From Heterodontus francisci (taxonomy: Eukaryota): DNA of 64,000 nucleotides. The first letter of the stretch is position 1. Each line of letters begins with the position of its first letter. The position numbers and the translations under genes were made by a program. The DNA is taken from positions 204,886,298 through 204,950,297 of the forward strand of contig NC_090372.1 of the NCBI RefSeq assembly GCF_036365525.1, given 5' to 3'. Positions 22,586 to 34,796 of this stretch are shown piece after piece. Below the pieces are notes generated by a model. The model searched no databases and was not told the DNA's origin. It saw nothing but the letters and a program-made list of their open reading frames with translations.

Positions 22586-25500
22586 TTTTTTTTTTAATCG
22601 CTCATGGGATTTGGGCCTCGCTGGCTAGGCCAGCATTTATTGCCCATCCCCAACTGCCCTTGACAAGGTCCTGGTGAGCTGCCTTCTTGAACTGCTGCAG
22701 TCCTTGGGGTGTAGGTACACCCACAGTGCTGTTAGGAAGGCAGTTCCAGGATTTTGACCCAGTGACAGTGAAGGAACGGCTATATAGTTCCAAGTTGGAA
22801 GGAAACTTGCAGGTGGTGGTATTCCCATGCATCTTCTGCCCTTGTCCTTCTAGGTGGTAGAGGTCATGGGTTTGGAAGGTGCTGCCGAAGGAGCCTTGAT
22901 GAGTTACTGCAGTGCATCTTGTAGATGGTACACACTGCCGCACTGTGCATCAGTGTTAAAGGGAGTGAATGTAAAGGTGGTGAATGGGGTGCCAATCGAG
23001 CGGGCTGCTTTGTCTTGGATGGTGTCAAGCTTCATGAGTGTTGCTGGAGCTGCACTCATCCAGGCAAGAGGAGAGTATTCTATCACAATCCTGACTTTTG
23101 ACTTGTCAATGATGGACAGGCTAGATGGATAAAGAACTGGCTGGGTAACAGGAGACAGAGAGTAGCAGTGGAAGGGAGTTTCTCAAAATGGAGACGTGTG
23201 ACCAGTGGTGTTCCACAGGGATCCGTGCTGGGACCACTGTTGTTTGTGATATACATAAATGATTTGGAGGAAAGTATAGGTGGTCTGATTAGCAAGTTTG
23301 CAGACGACACTAAGATTGGTGGAGTAGCAGATAGTGAAGGGGACTGTCAGAGAATACAGCAGAATATAGATAGACTGGAGAGTTGGGCGGAGAAATGGCA
23401 GATGGAGTTCAATCAGGGCAAATGCGAGGTGATGCATTTTGGAAGATCCAATTCAAGAGTGAACTATACAGTAAATGGAAAAGTCCTGGGGAAAATTGAT
23501 GTACAGAGAGATTTGGGTGTTCAGGTCCATTGTTCCCTGAAGGTGGCAACGCAGGTCAATAGAGTGGTCAAGAAGGCATACGGCATGCTTTCCTTCATCG
23601 GACGGGGTATAGAGTACAAGAGTTGGCAGGTCATGTTACAGTTGTATAGGACTTTGGTTCGGCCACATTTGGAATACTGCGTGCAGTTCTGGTCGCCACA
23701 TTACCAAAAGGATGTAGATGCTTTGGAGAGGGTGCAGAGGAGGTTCACCAGGATGTTGCCTGGTATGGAGGGCGCTAGCTATGAAGAGAGGTTGAGTAGA
23801 TTAGGATTATTTTCATTAGAAAGACAAAGGTTGAGGGGGGACCTGATTGAGGTGTACAAAATCATGAGAGGTATAGACAGGGTGGATAGCAAGAAGCTTT
23901 TTCCCAGAGTGGGGGATTCAATTACTAGGGGTCACGAGTTCAAAGTGAAAAGGGAAAAGTTTAGGGGGGATATGCGTGGAAAGTTCTTTACGCAGAGGAT
24001 GGTGGGTGCCTGGAACGCATTGCCAGCGGAGGTGGTAGACGCGGGCACGATAGCGTCTTTTAAGATGTATCTAGACAGATACATGAATGGGCAGGAAGTA
24101 AAGAGATACAGACCCTTAGAAAATAGGCGACAGGTTTAGATAGAGGATTTGGATCGGCGTAGGCTTGGAGGGCCGAAGGGCCTGTTCCTGTGCTGTAATT
24201 TTCTTTGTTCTTTGTTCTTTGAGTCAGGAGGTGAGTTACTTATTGCAGAATTCCCAGTTTCTGACCTGCTCTTGTAACCACAGCATATATATGGCTGGTT
24301 CAGTTCATTTTCTGGTCAATGGTAACCCCCAGGATGTTGATAGTGGGGGTTTCAGCAATGGTAATGCTGAACATCAAGGGGAAATGGTTATTCTCTCTTG
24401 TTTGAGATGGTCATTGCCTGGCACTCGTGTGGTGCGAATGTTACTTGCCACTTATCATCCCAAGCCTGGATGTTGTCCAGGTCTTGCTGCATCTGGACAC
24501 AGGCTGTTTCATTATCTGCAGAGTCGCTAATGGTGCTGAACATTGTGCGATCAGAAGCGAACATCACCACTTCTGACCTTATGATGGAGGGAAGGTCACT
24601 GATGAAGCAGCTGAAGATGTTTGGGCCTCGGACACTACCCTAAGGAACTCCTACAGTGATGTCCTGGAACTGAGATGATTGACTTCCAATAACCACTACA
24701 AACTTCCTTTGTGCTTGGTATGATTCCAACCAGCAGAGAGTTTCCCCCTCCCCCACCCCCTGCCATTCCTATTCACTCCAGTTTTGCTAGGGCTCCTTGA
24801 TGCCATACTCGGACAAATGCTGCCTTGATGTCAAGGGTAGTCATTCTCACCTCACCTCTGGAGTTCAGCTCTTTTGTCCATATTTGGACCAAGGCTGTAA
24901 TGAGGCTGAATGGCTCTGGCAGAACCCAAACTGAGCATCACAGGTTATTGCTAAGCAAGTGCCGTTTGACAGAACTGTCAATGACACCTTCCATCACTTT
25001 ACTGATGATCGAAAGTAGACTGATGGGGCGGTAATTGGCCGGGTTGGGTTTGTCCTGCTTTTTGTGTACAGGACATACCTGGGCAATTTTCCACATTGCA
25101 GGGTAGATGCCAGTGCTATAGCTGTACTGGAACAGCTTGGCTAAGGGTGTGGCTAATTCTGGAGCACAAGTATTCAGTACTATTGCCGGAATGTTGTTAG
25201 GGCCCATAGCCTTTGCAGTTGCCAGTGCCTTCAATCATTTCTTGATATCACATGGAGTGAATCGAATTGGCTAGGATGCTCGGGAGGAGGCCGATCTGGA
25301 TCATCCACTCGGCACATCTGGCTAAAGATGGTTGCAATTGATTCAGCCTTGTCTTTTGCACTGATTTGCTTGGCTCCCCCATCATTGAGGATGGGTATAT
25401 TTGTGGAGCCTCCTCCTCCTGTTAGCTGTTTAATTGTCCACCACCATTCACGACTAGATGTTGCAGGACTGCAGAGCTTAGATCTCATCTGTTGGTTGAG

Positions 25501-26749
25501 GGATTGCTTTGCCCTGTCTATCACCTGCTGCTTCTGCTGTTTTTGATTTTGAGGTATGCCTGGTGCTGCACCTGGCATGCCCTCCTGCACTCTTCATTGA
25601 ACTAGGGTTGATGCTTGATGGTAATGGTAGAGAGGGGGATATGCCAGTCCATGAGGTTACAGATTGTGGTTGAATACAATTCTGCTGCTGCTGATGGCCC
25701 ACAGCACTTCATGGATGCTCAGTTTTGAGTTGCTAGTTCTGTTTGAAATCTATCCCATTTAGCATGATGGTGGATATCCTCAATATGAAGTGGGGACTTT
25801 GTCTGCACAAGGACTGTGCAGTGGTCACTCAACACTGTCATGGACAGATGCATCTGCGACAGGTAAATTAGTGAGGACGAAGTTAAGTAGGTTTTTCCCT
25901 CACCACCTGCCGCAGACCCCTTTAGGACTTGGCCAGTTGTGCTACTACCGAGCCACTCTTGGTGATGGACATTGAAGTTCCCCACCAAGAGTACATTCTG
26001 TGCCCTTGTTACTTCTTCCAGTTGTCTTCAACATGGAGAAGCACTGATTCATCAGGCAAGGTGGGTGGGGGGTTGGTTAGTGGGTAGGTGGTAATCAGCA
26101 GGAGGTTTGCTTGTTCATGTTTGATCTGATGCCATGAGACTGCATAGGGTCCGGATTCAATGTTGAAGACTCCCAGGGCAACTCCCTCCCGACAGTACAC
26201 CACTACGCCACCACCTCTGGTGGGTCAGGACATATCCAGGGATGGTGATGTCTGGAACATTGTCTGTAAGGTGTGATTCGGTGAGTATGACAATGTCAGG
26301 CTTCTGTTTGACTAGTCTGTGGGACAGCTCTCCCAACTTTGGCACGAGCCCCCAGATGTTAGTAAGGAGGACTTTGCAGGGTCGACAGGGCTGGGTTTGC
26401 CGTTGTCGTTTCCAGTGCCGAGGTCGATGCCAGGTGGTCCGTCTGGTTTCATTCCTTTTCTTACACTTTGTTGCGGTTTTAATACAACTGAGTCATTTGC
26501 GAGGTCATTTCAGAGGGACATTAAGAGTCATATGTAGGCGAGATGGCAGATTTCCTTCCCTAAAGGGCATTAGCGAACCAGATGGGTTTTTACAACAATT
26601 GACAATAGTTTCATAGTCACCATTAGACTAGCTAGCTTTTAATTCCAGATTTTTAAAAATTAATTAAATTCAAATTTCACCATCTGCTTTGGTGGGATTT
26701 GAACCCCCGTCCCCAGAGCATTAACCTAGGCATCTAGGTTACAAGTCCA
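22586..26749 (-). mobile_element. Near-complete decayed family-B CR1-group LINE: tRNA-like head, APE endonuclease + RT ORF, A-rich tail
   Basis: KVLLTNIWGLVPKLGEL..DIVILTESHL (~26375), VGNFNVHH, SDH, PANYRPISLLS; 3' end at 22586; B-box GGTTCAAATCC at 26695-26705 (minus strand). Confidence 0.85.
23112..24221 (+). mobile_element. Young 5'-truncated CR1 with uninterrupted 323-aa RT/C-terminal ORF, nested in the family-B LINE
   Basis: ORF 23168-24139 (SGVPQGSVLGP, FADD, WQMEFN); (TTCTTTG)n tail. Confidence 0.95.
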
Positions 26750-26959
26750 CCTCCTCTATTACTGCCTGCATGCGGAGTTACTAGTCAGGGTGAGGTACAG
26801 GAGCACTCTAGAGAGGCAAAACAACCAAACCCAGCAGGAGGAAGGGAAAACATCACAGTTTCTCTAGTGTAGAAGAAAAGGGTTAGTGTTCACCCGTTTA
26901 TTATAAACGGGGTTAACGCCCTTGCCTTTCATTGTCACTTGACACTGTTGGCAAAGCAC

Positions 26960-27660
26960 TAGGACATAAGAATGGGAGGAGACCATTCAGCCCCTCAAGC
27001 CTGTTCTGCCATTCATGGTTGATCTGTATCTTAACTGATATGTATCTTAGCTTTGCTCTATATCCTTTAATATCTTTGCCTAACAAAGATCTATCAAGCT
27101 CAGCTTTGATATTTTCACTTGACCCCCCAGCCTCAACAGTTTTTTTACGGGAGAGAGTTCCAGATTTCAACTACCCTTTGTGTGACGATGTGCTGTCTGA
27201 CATCACCCCTGAACGGCCTAGCTCTTTATGGCCTCCCCTACCAAAAGGAAATAATTTCTCTATCTACTTTATCAAATACTCGAAGGAGTACAAGCCGAGT
27301 CTATGCAACATGTCCTCATAATTTAACCCTTTTAGCCCCTGGTGAATCTGCGCTCCAAAGCCAATATATCCTTCCTGCGGTGCAGTGCCCAGACCTGACT
27401 GCATTGCTCCAGATGCGGTCTAAGAAGAGATCTGTATAGCTGTAACATAACTTCCACTCCTTTGTGTCCCAGCCCCCGTGAGGTAAGCACCAACATTCCA
27501 TTAGCCTTTTTGATTTTTTTTTGTACCTGTCCACTAGTTTTTAGAGATTTCTGTACATGGCCCCCTAACTCTCTCTCTGCTGCTCCATAGTTCCCAGCTC
27601 CTCACCATTTGAAAAGCACTCTGCTCTATCTTTCTCAGGTTCAAAGTGGATGAGCTCTCA
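26960..27660 (-). mobile_element. Degenerate CR1 3' fragment
   Basis: CR1 3' UTR (CCATTCAGCCCCTCAAGCCTG) and ORF2 remnants. Confidence 0.75.
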
Positions 27661-28782
27661 GAGACCGTGAAGCTGCTCGTGGACCCTCAGCTCTGCTCCC
27701 CTTCAATGGTCACAACAAAGGAGGTGCTGGAACAGTGTAGAATGGGGCAGAGGAGGAGGGTTGCGGGTGGGGTTAAGGAAGGGTCAATCTTTTTGGAGCA
27801 GTTCCAACAATGATATCTAGCAACAAAAAAAAGCGATATCTGTCAGATTGGGAATAAAGCGGACCTAAAAAATTTAAGACAGTATCAAGGGAGGACAGGC
27901 ACTGCTTTCCCCCTCCCATCGGAAAACAAGGCTTCATTTAAATATCTTCGGAACGATCTGTTCCGCAGTCTTTTCTCCCCTTTGTGTTTGAGTTGCTCTC
28001 TCATTGTTTCTCAGCAAGCCGTTGAACAAAGCGGAGGAATCTTTTACCCAGTCACCAGATGTCCCGCTGCACAATCCCTCTCCTTCTCTACATGCTCATA
28101 CAAAAATCTCAAAGGCCAGCTGCCCCGGTACATTCCAACAGCAATTATCTCCTTCTCTGCTCACGGAGATGGTGACGCCCCTGAGGATGATTGATTAACA
28201 TGGGACGGGAGAGGGGATTCACATAGCGGCTTCAGCCCACAAGGCAGCTCTTCAAACAGGTAGCAGTCGCTCACCAATTCCCCCCAGTAATGACCGTGTG
28301 ACACTCTGCAGGGTTAACAGTGAGACTGAATCCAGTTCATGCATCTCTCAGTAAAATTGAGCCCAGTTCACCACTCTCTCAATAGTAACTGTGTGTCACT
28401 ATTCACAGTCACCAGTGAGATCGAGAGCACAGTTCAGGACATTTGCACATTGATCCTACACACTTAGCACTTACTAATTCGTTCATTCTTTTTTAAGCTG
28501 TTTTCTTACTCATACTGTTCACCAAAAATGATGTGACTTTCATCCTTCATTTGGCAGCTGCAGCTGGCCACAGAATAAATAAATCATCAATCTTGCTCGT
28601 TTTGTGCCCAGATACGTGTACTCTATTTTTAAAAATACATTAAAAGCACAGTGGATACAAAGGTTGAAGCAAAATGCGTGCTGAAAATGTTCTTCTGATT
28701 TTTCTTATCCATGATTAAATTATGCTGTGCGAGATTAGCATACATTGAGGCCTCACCTTAACCATGGCTTACGTGTGTAGTT

Positions 28783-29508
28783 GGGTCGGATTTTGTTCTC
28801 ATCCTGATGGCGGGTTTCATAGTGGGGATGCATCAGGGCAGAATCACCCGCCACGGAAACCAACGCCCAGATTCCCAGTTCTAATTCTCCCAAGGGCAGG
28901 ATAGGCCGACAACAGCCTTCCCACCCAAATGCCAAATAAAGGCCTCTTCCCGCCATTGCTGGGATCTTACCATTGGTGACGGGGTTGGGGGCCTCCACCG
29001 CACGGGAAGGACGCCTTGGAAAACGAGGCACCCTCCCTGCAGACTTGGGGGGCGGTGGATCCCTCCTTCGTGGACAATTTGTGGCCCACGGAGGACCCCC
29101 ACCGGGAATTTTACCCCTCAAGACCCCCCTCCCCCTGAACCAAATGCCCACACCCCATCCCTCACCGGGGCCGCTGGACTGGCCCTGGCGATTCTGCCTT
29201 ACCTACCTCTTCTCCACGTTCCACCGCTGGGCCTGGGTCCGAGGCCTCTGCAGTACCGGCAGTGGCCACCGCTCCCAGTGGCACTGCCGATACTGCTGAG
29301 CCAGCAGCCCTTTGATTGGCCAGCAGCTCTTGGAGGTGGGATCCCCGTCCCGATAAAGTCTTTAAAGGGGTGGGGATCACGCCTCCTTAAACTTCGACCC
29401 CAAAAGACCGGAGGATCACTCCAGGGGGCTGAAGAATGCAGAGGTGGGGTTCCCCCTGCCTTTTCAGCCTGGTGCCAGGAGCCCCGTCTCCTGCACAAAA
29501 TCCAGCCC
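28783..29508. mobile_element. Harbinger-type MITE
   Basis: TIRs GGGTCGGATTTT / AAAATCCAGCCC; GC-rich body shared with the 30956 and 34797 copies. Confidence 0.75.
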
Positions 29509-29609
29509 ATTGTGTGGCAGACTTCACTTCCTTATAGTTTTAACTGAGCATGGATGCTCTTTTTGCGTCCCACAGTTTCTGTCCATGCTGTAGTAATGTA
29601 ACGTACAAC

Positions 29610-30555
29610 ACACTACTAATCATAAATGTAGGGGACATGATTAAGAAGTTTGCAGATGATACGAAAATTAGTGTCCAGCTGATAATGAAGAAGAAAGCTG
29701 TCGAGTGCAAGAAGATATCAATGGACTAGTCAGGTGGGCAGAACAGTGGCAAATGGAATTCAATCTGGAGAAATGTGAGGTCATGCATTTGGGGAAGGCT
29801 GACAAGGCAAAGGAATATACAATAAATGATAGGTTACTGAGAAGTGTAGAGGAACAGAAGGACCTTGGATTGCATGTACACAGATCCCTGAAGGTAGCAG
29901 GTCAGGTAAATAAAGTGGTTAATAAAGCGTACAGGTTACTTTCTTTTACTGGCCAAAGCATAGAATATAAGAGCAACGAGTCTATGCTAGAACTGCATAA
30001 AACACTAGTTGGGCCACAGCTATAGTACTGCATACAACTGAGTTCTGGGCACCGTATTACAGGAAGGATGTGATTGCACTAGAGAATGTAGAGAGGAGAT
30101 TTACAAGGATGTTGCCAGGACTAGAACATTTCAGCTATGGGGAAAGATTGAATAGGCTGGGGCTGTTTTCTTTTGAACGGAGGAGGGTGAGAGGAGATTT
30201 AATTGAGATGTATAAAATTATGAGGGGCCTAGAAGGATCTATTTCTGATAACAGAAAGGTCAATAACCAGGTGGCATAAATTTAAAGTAACTGGTAGAAG
30301 GATCAGAGTGGAGTTGAGGAAAAAGTTTTTCACCCAAAGGGTGGTGGAGTATGGAACTCACTGCCCGAAAGAGTGGTGGAGGCAGAAACCCTCATTGCAT
30401 TTAAAAAGTGCTTGGATATGCACCTGAAGTGCTGTAATCTACACGAGCTGGAAGCTGGGATTAGGTTGGATAACACTTTTTCAGCCAGCACAGACATCAT
30501 GGCACAAATAGCCTCATTCTGTGTCGTAAATTTCCACGATCCTATAAATTTCTAC
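29610..30555 (+). mobile_element. 5'-truncated CR1
   Basis: KFADD at ~29645; ORFs 29705-30025, 30070-30279 and 30373-; 3' UTR. Confidence 0.9.
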
Positions 30556-30955
30556 GATTCTGTGGTAAGAATGTGGAACTTCACTACCAAAGGTGTAGTT
30601 GAGCTGAATAAGAGAGATGCCTTTAAAGGGGAAACTAATAAAGTACATGACGGAGAAAGGAACAGAATATGGTAACAGAATGAGATGAGGTAGGGTGGGA
30701 GGAGACTTGTGTAGAGCATTAACACCAGTAGAGACCAGTTGGTCCATGGCTGTGCATCATGTGACAGTTCGCCCTCAGAAGGAATGTGCTCCTCTGAGCA
30801 ATCGTCGCCAGGCATATCCATAGATTGTTGCTCTACACGCGAAGGCCCTGGAAGACAGAAGAAAGGGATGTGTGCTAGTCCTGGCAAAGACACAGTCTTG
30901 CCAATCAGCATACTTAGGCTTCTCATGGTTCAGTCATTAATGAAATAAATTCAAT

Positions 30956-31652
30956 GGTCGGGATTTTGTGTGGCCCCATGAGGTGGGATCAGAGGCGGGG
31001 AGGGCACGGAGTAGCACGATGGGTGGCAGTGGGGGGGGGGTGAGTGGCAGCAGGGCGGAGGGCCCGTTGCCTCCCCGTCACCCAGTGATTTTCTCGGGGT
31101 GGGATAGGCCGATGATGTCCTTCCCATCCAGAGGCCAATTGAGGCCCTTAATTGGCCTATTAATGGGCTAATTAAGGGCCTCTTCCTGCTGCCGCTGGGA
31201 TCTTACCCGATGCGGGGCAGTGGCCTTCCCCGTACAGGGAGTACGCCTTGCAGAACAAGGCGCCCTCCCTGAGGGCTTGGGTGGGTGGTCCCTCCTTCGT
31301 AGGCAATTTGTGGCCCACGGAGGACCCCTGCCAGGAACAACTTTACACCCCCCGCCCCCTGGACTGAAAGACCACCCCTCAAAACCCTTCGCCGGGGCCT
31401 TGTGGAATGGCCCCAGCGACTCCGTCTCACCGACCTTTGATCTGGGGTTCCAGTGCTGGGCCTGGGTCCGAGGCCCCTGCAGTACCAGCAGTGGCCACCG
31501 CTCCCGGTGGCCATGCCAATGCTGCTGAGCTGCCGGCCCTCTGCTTGGCCAGCAGGACTTGGCAGGATCCCTGTCCCTTTGAAGACTTTAAAGTTCCCCT
31601 CTGCTTTTTGGCCCGACACCAGGAGCCCTGACTCCAGCTCAAAATCTAGCCC
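30956..31652. mobile_element. Harbinger-type MITE
   Basis: TIRs GGTCGGGATTTT / AAAATCTAGCCC; shared core GCTGGGCCTGGGTCCGAGGCC..CAGTGGCCACCGCTCCC. Confidence 0.75.
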
Positions 31653-32094
31653 AACATGTGTGTTAGAGGTATTTGCAATTCTGTCACCAGCTATCTGCAA
31701 GTTCCCAGTTTATGGGCCCCAGTTGGCCCATTTCCTGAAAACACAGTAGTGACATAGCTTAAAAATAATTCACTGCTTTATGTGCCTGGTGCATTTTTAG
31801 AAACCCTGAATCTCATTTTTTGATAAGAATCTTCTTGACACCCATTAAGTTTTTTTGTTTCGCCACCTGAGGCGGTAATTGTTCACTACCACTTCACCAC
31901 CCAGTTAGTGAAAAAACTTCTTCCGACATTTCCTATTTTCTTTTGTTGTTCTTATTATCCCCATGTGCTTAAATTCTGTATTTGGCAGAAAGGTTTACTT
32001 GGATGGAAAACTTTTAAATCTCTCTCACATATCCCTCACAGTTTTCTCTTTTCAAGAGAGAAAATACTCAGTGTAGTCAATTTTTCCTGACAAG

Positions 32095-32410
32095 GTACTG
32101 CAGAAACTTGCCAAGCCTCCTTCGACAGCACTTCCCAAACCTGTGACCTTTATCACCTAGAAGGACAAGGGCAGCAGGTGTATGGGAACACCACCTGCAA
32201 GTTCCCATCCAAGTCACACACCATCTCGACTTTTAACATTGGCGCTGGGTCAAAATGCTGGAACTCCCTTCCTAACAGCACTGCAGGAGTACCTACATCA
32301 CGCGGACCGCGTCAGTTCAAAAAGGTGGCTCACCACCACCTCTTCAAGAGAAACAAGTGGAATAGATGCCCATACGATGCCCCTATCTCCAGAATAAACA
32401 ACCAAAAGAA
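32095..32410 (+). mobile_element. Family-B LINE 3' fragment
   Basis: GNTTCKFPSKSHT..WNSLPNST..AHHHL (ORF 32178-32474). Confidence 0.8.
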
Positions 32411-32689
32411 AAGGCGTGTTCTCACAATGACATATACAGTTGTAAAATGTGCTTTCTGGATTTACATGTTATGACTCTTACTGTGCATCCTAACATTCTG
32501 TGCGTGCTTGGGCTTGAGCATGGGCACACTGTGTGATTGTCAGCATGGCTTTAGACTCAACCTCATAAAAGCATCTCCAACTGATGCACACCTGCCTAAA
32601 GTATGCAGCAAAATCATATCAGTTAGCAATCACAGTCAGATTTAAGCCTCTTCAACATCACAGTATTGGAACCGGGGCATATGTAAACT

Positions 32690-32985
32690 AAAATAAAAAC
32701 CAAAACTGCTGGAAATACTCAGCACGTCTGGCAGCATCTGTGGAGAGAACTGTTTCTAGGATGAACAGAAATTTTATTAGAGGGAAGAGCAGAATTTCTT
32801 CAAGGGGGCCGTTCCTGGATGAGAAGTAGCAGTGAATGGAACACTAATACAAAAGCAATGTACTGCAGATGCTGGAAATCTGAAATAAAAAAACAGAAAA
32901 TGCTGACTCAGCAAGTCAGGGAGCATCTCGAGAGCAAAATAGAGTTAACATTTCAGGTCGATATCCTTTCATCAGAACTGGAAGC
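32690..32985 (-). mobile_element. Two Penelope-like terminal-repeat fragments, the second with a hammerhead core
   Basis: TGCTGGAAATACTCAGC..GGCAGCATCTGTGGAGAG motif; minus strand reads AGTT-CTGATGA-AAGGATATCGACCT-GAAATGTT-AACT. Confidence 0.6.
32943..32979 (-). ncRNA. Minimal type-I hammerhead ribozyme motif (degenerate)
   Basis: CUGAUGA and GAAA boxes, helix I AGUU/AACU, helix II AGG/CCU; helix III palindrome AACGUU altered to AAUGUU. Confidence 0.5.
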
Positions 32986-33732
32986 AGTAAGCTTTCTTTG
33001 CTGATAAGAGGGGACCGTTTGCCTGTTGTCATAAATTTAAACCTGAACATGGGCCTGGGATCCATCTGAAATTTCTTCTATTTGGAACTTGGTCTCCTCA
33101 GGATCGCTCTACAGGCTGAAAATCTGTTTAGAGCAATACCAAGCATTACACACCTAAATGAGAAAAAAAAAAACTGAGTGCCAGGCCTATTTCTGCACAG
33201 TGGGCCTCCTGCAGGCCGCAGAGTTTACAAAGTTTACTGCTCCCCTCAGGTTTGGCGCTGTGCTGGTAACAGCAGTGCTTCTGTGTTTTCAAGTTGCTGC
33301 AAGCTTCAGTAGCACACAGTTTAAAAAAAAACACAAAGTCAGTCCTTTTAAAAGCAAATATTGAACCTTCTCGTGTAGTTCTCATTAAGAATCGATTGTG
33401 CGCACTCAAGTGCTGAATCCATGAGCTCAATAGATTGGTTTCCAGGCAGTGGGGCTAAGTTAAATAAGCAAAAAAAACTCTCTAGCTGATCTTAGCAGTC
33501 TGTGGCACCGGCTCTTCCTATATAATTTTAGCCACAACAGTCCACGTGTGAATCACATCTAGCACAGAATTTATTCATAATCCAGACATGTATTTTAACC
33601 CCACTGTGTACATTCCCTAGTTTGTATCAGATGGTATATATTCACTCACTTTTAGTTGCAGGTTGAGTTGCATGACAGTGTAGGACTGATCTGCGGTCAA
33701 TGCTGCCAGTGCAGGAGAACCTTTGCAGGACT

Positions 33733-34080
33733 TTGGGTTGCCAACCCTCCTAGATTGCCCTGGAGCCTCCAGGAATTAATGTTTGATCTTCAGGACACTG
33801 CTGCAAGCAAACTAGGGGAAAATTCTCAGGTTAATAAAAATTGTGTGCTTTTTTAATTCATTTTCTTGCAGTTATCAAAGCATTGAGGGGAAAAAAGGCT
33901 GTTTGACTGACAGGCAACAATTATCCAATCAGGTAGTGAAGAGATTGCTCACTTTCCAATCAATGTGGGAAGGCAGGGCGCTACGAGGATGGATGTGTCA
34001 GGAGACCAATGGGGATGGGACAGTTGTCGTCATTTGATGAAAACACCATGGTATACGACCAACCAGAGTTGTCAACCCTA
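33733..34080. mobile_element. hAT-like MITE
   Basis: Termini TTGGGTTGCCAACCC / GAGTTGTCAACCCTA; reverse-complement similarity to 56682-57148. Confidence 0.65.
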
Positions 34081-34454
34081 TCGCAGGCAGTGTTGGCCAG
34101 AATATTGCATGCCCATTGCACAGGGAGCGCCCCAGTGTGGAATCACAAGATAGTTCTGGATAAAGAAGTCCATTTGGCCCATCTTAGCTCATTACTCCAG
34201 GATGATGCTAAAGTCCTTTTACTGTGGCATCCAGTTAGTTCTTACATGATTTCAGGGTCTTTGCTTTCACAACTATATGGGAGTCCATTCCCTGTGTTAA
34301 TCACTCTTTATGTCCCAAATTGATCTTTTACAAGTTTAAACCTGTGACCCTTTGTTCTACTCTTACAGTTCAATGTAAAGTAATTTTCCAGATTTGCATT
34401 TCTACCCAATTTTCACTCTTCTATACCACTAGACGATCACCTCTCAGGCATATC

Positions 34455-34590
34455 ACAAAGCAAAATAGTGCAGGTGCTGAAAATCTGAAATTAAAACTGA
34501 AAATGCTGAAAAACACTCAGCGGGTCAGGCAGCATCTGTGGAGAGAGAAACAGAGTTAACGTTTCAGGTTAGTGATCTTTCGTCGGGACA
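34455..34590 (-). mobile_element. Penelope-like terminal-repeat fragment with degenerate hammerhead core
   Basis: Minus strand reads CCGACGA-AAGATCACTAACCT-GAAACGTT-AACTCTGTTTCTCTCTCCACAGATGCTGCC. Confidence 0.6.
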
Positions 34591-34796
34591 GTAAGCTTTC
34601 AGTAATGTGAAAATAAAACAGCAACCCTTTCTGTAAATTGCTCATTGCTATTGATTTATATCATGCTTCCAACATGCTCACGTCAGATTTCACAACCAGT
34701 AAAGCATCAGATCAGACTGTGTTAAGATAAAAAATATTGAGTGATTTCATTTTACCAAAGGTGAGCAAGCTTATAAGTAACAGTCATAGAGTCATA

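Noticed and set aside
28753-31749. Overlapping GC-rich ORFs and CpG-island-like promoters
   Set aside because: They coincide with TIR-bounded MITE copies; the ORFs arise from high GC content.
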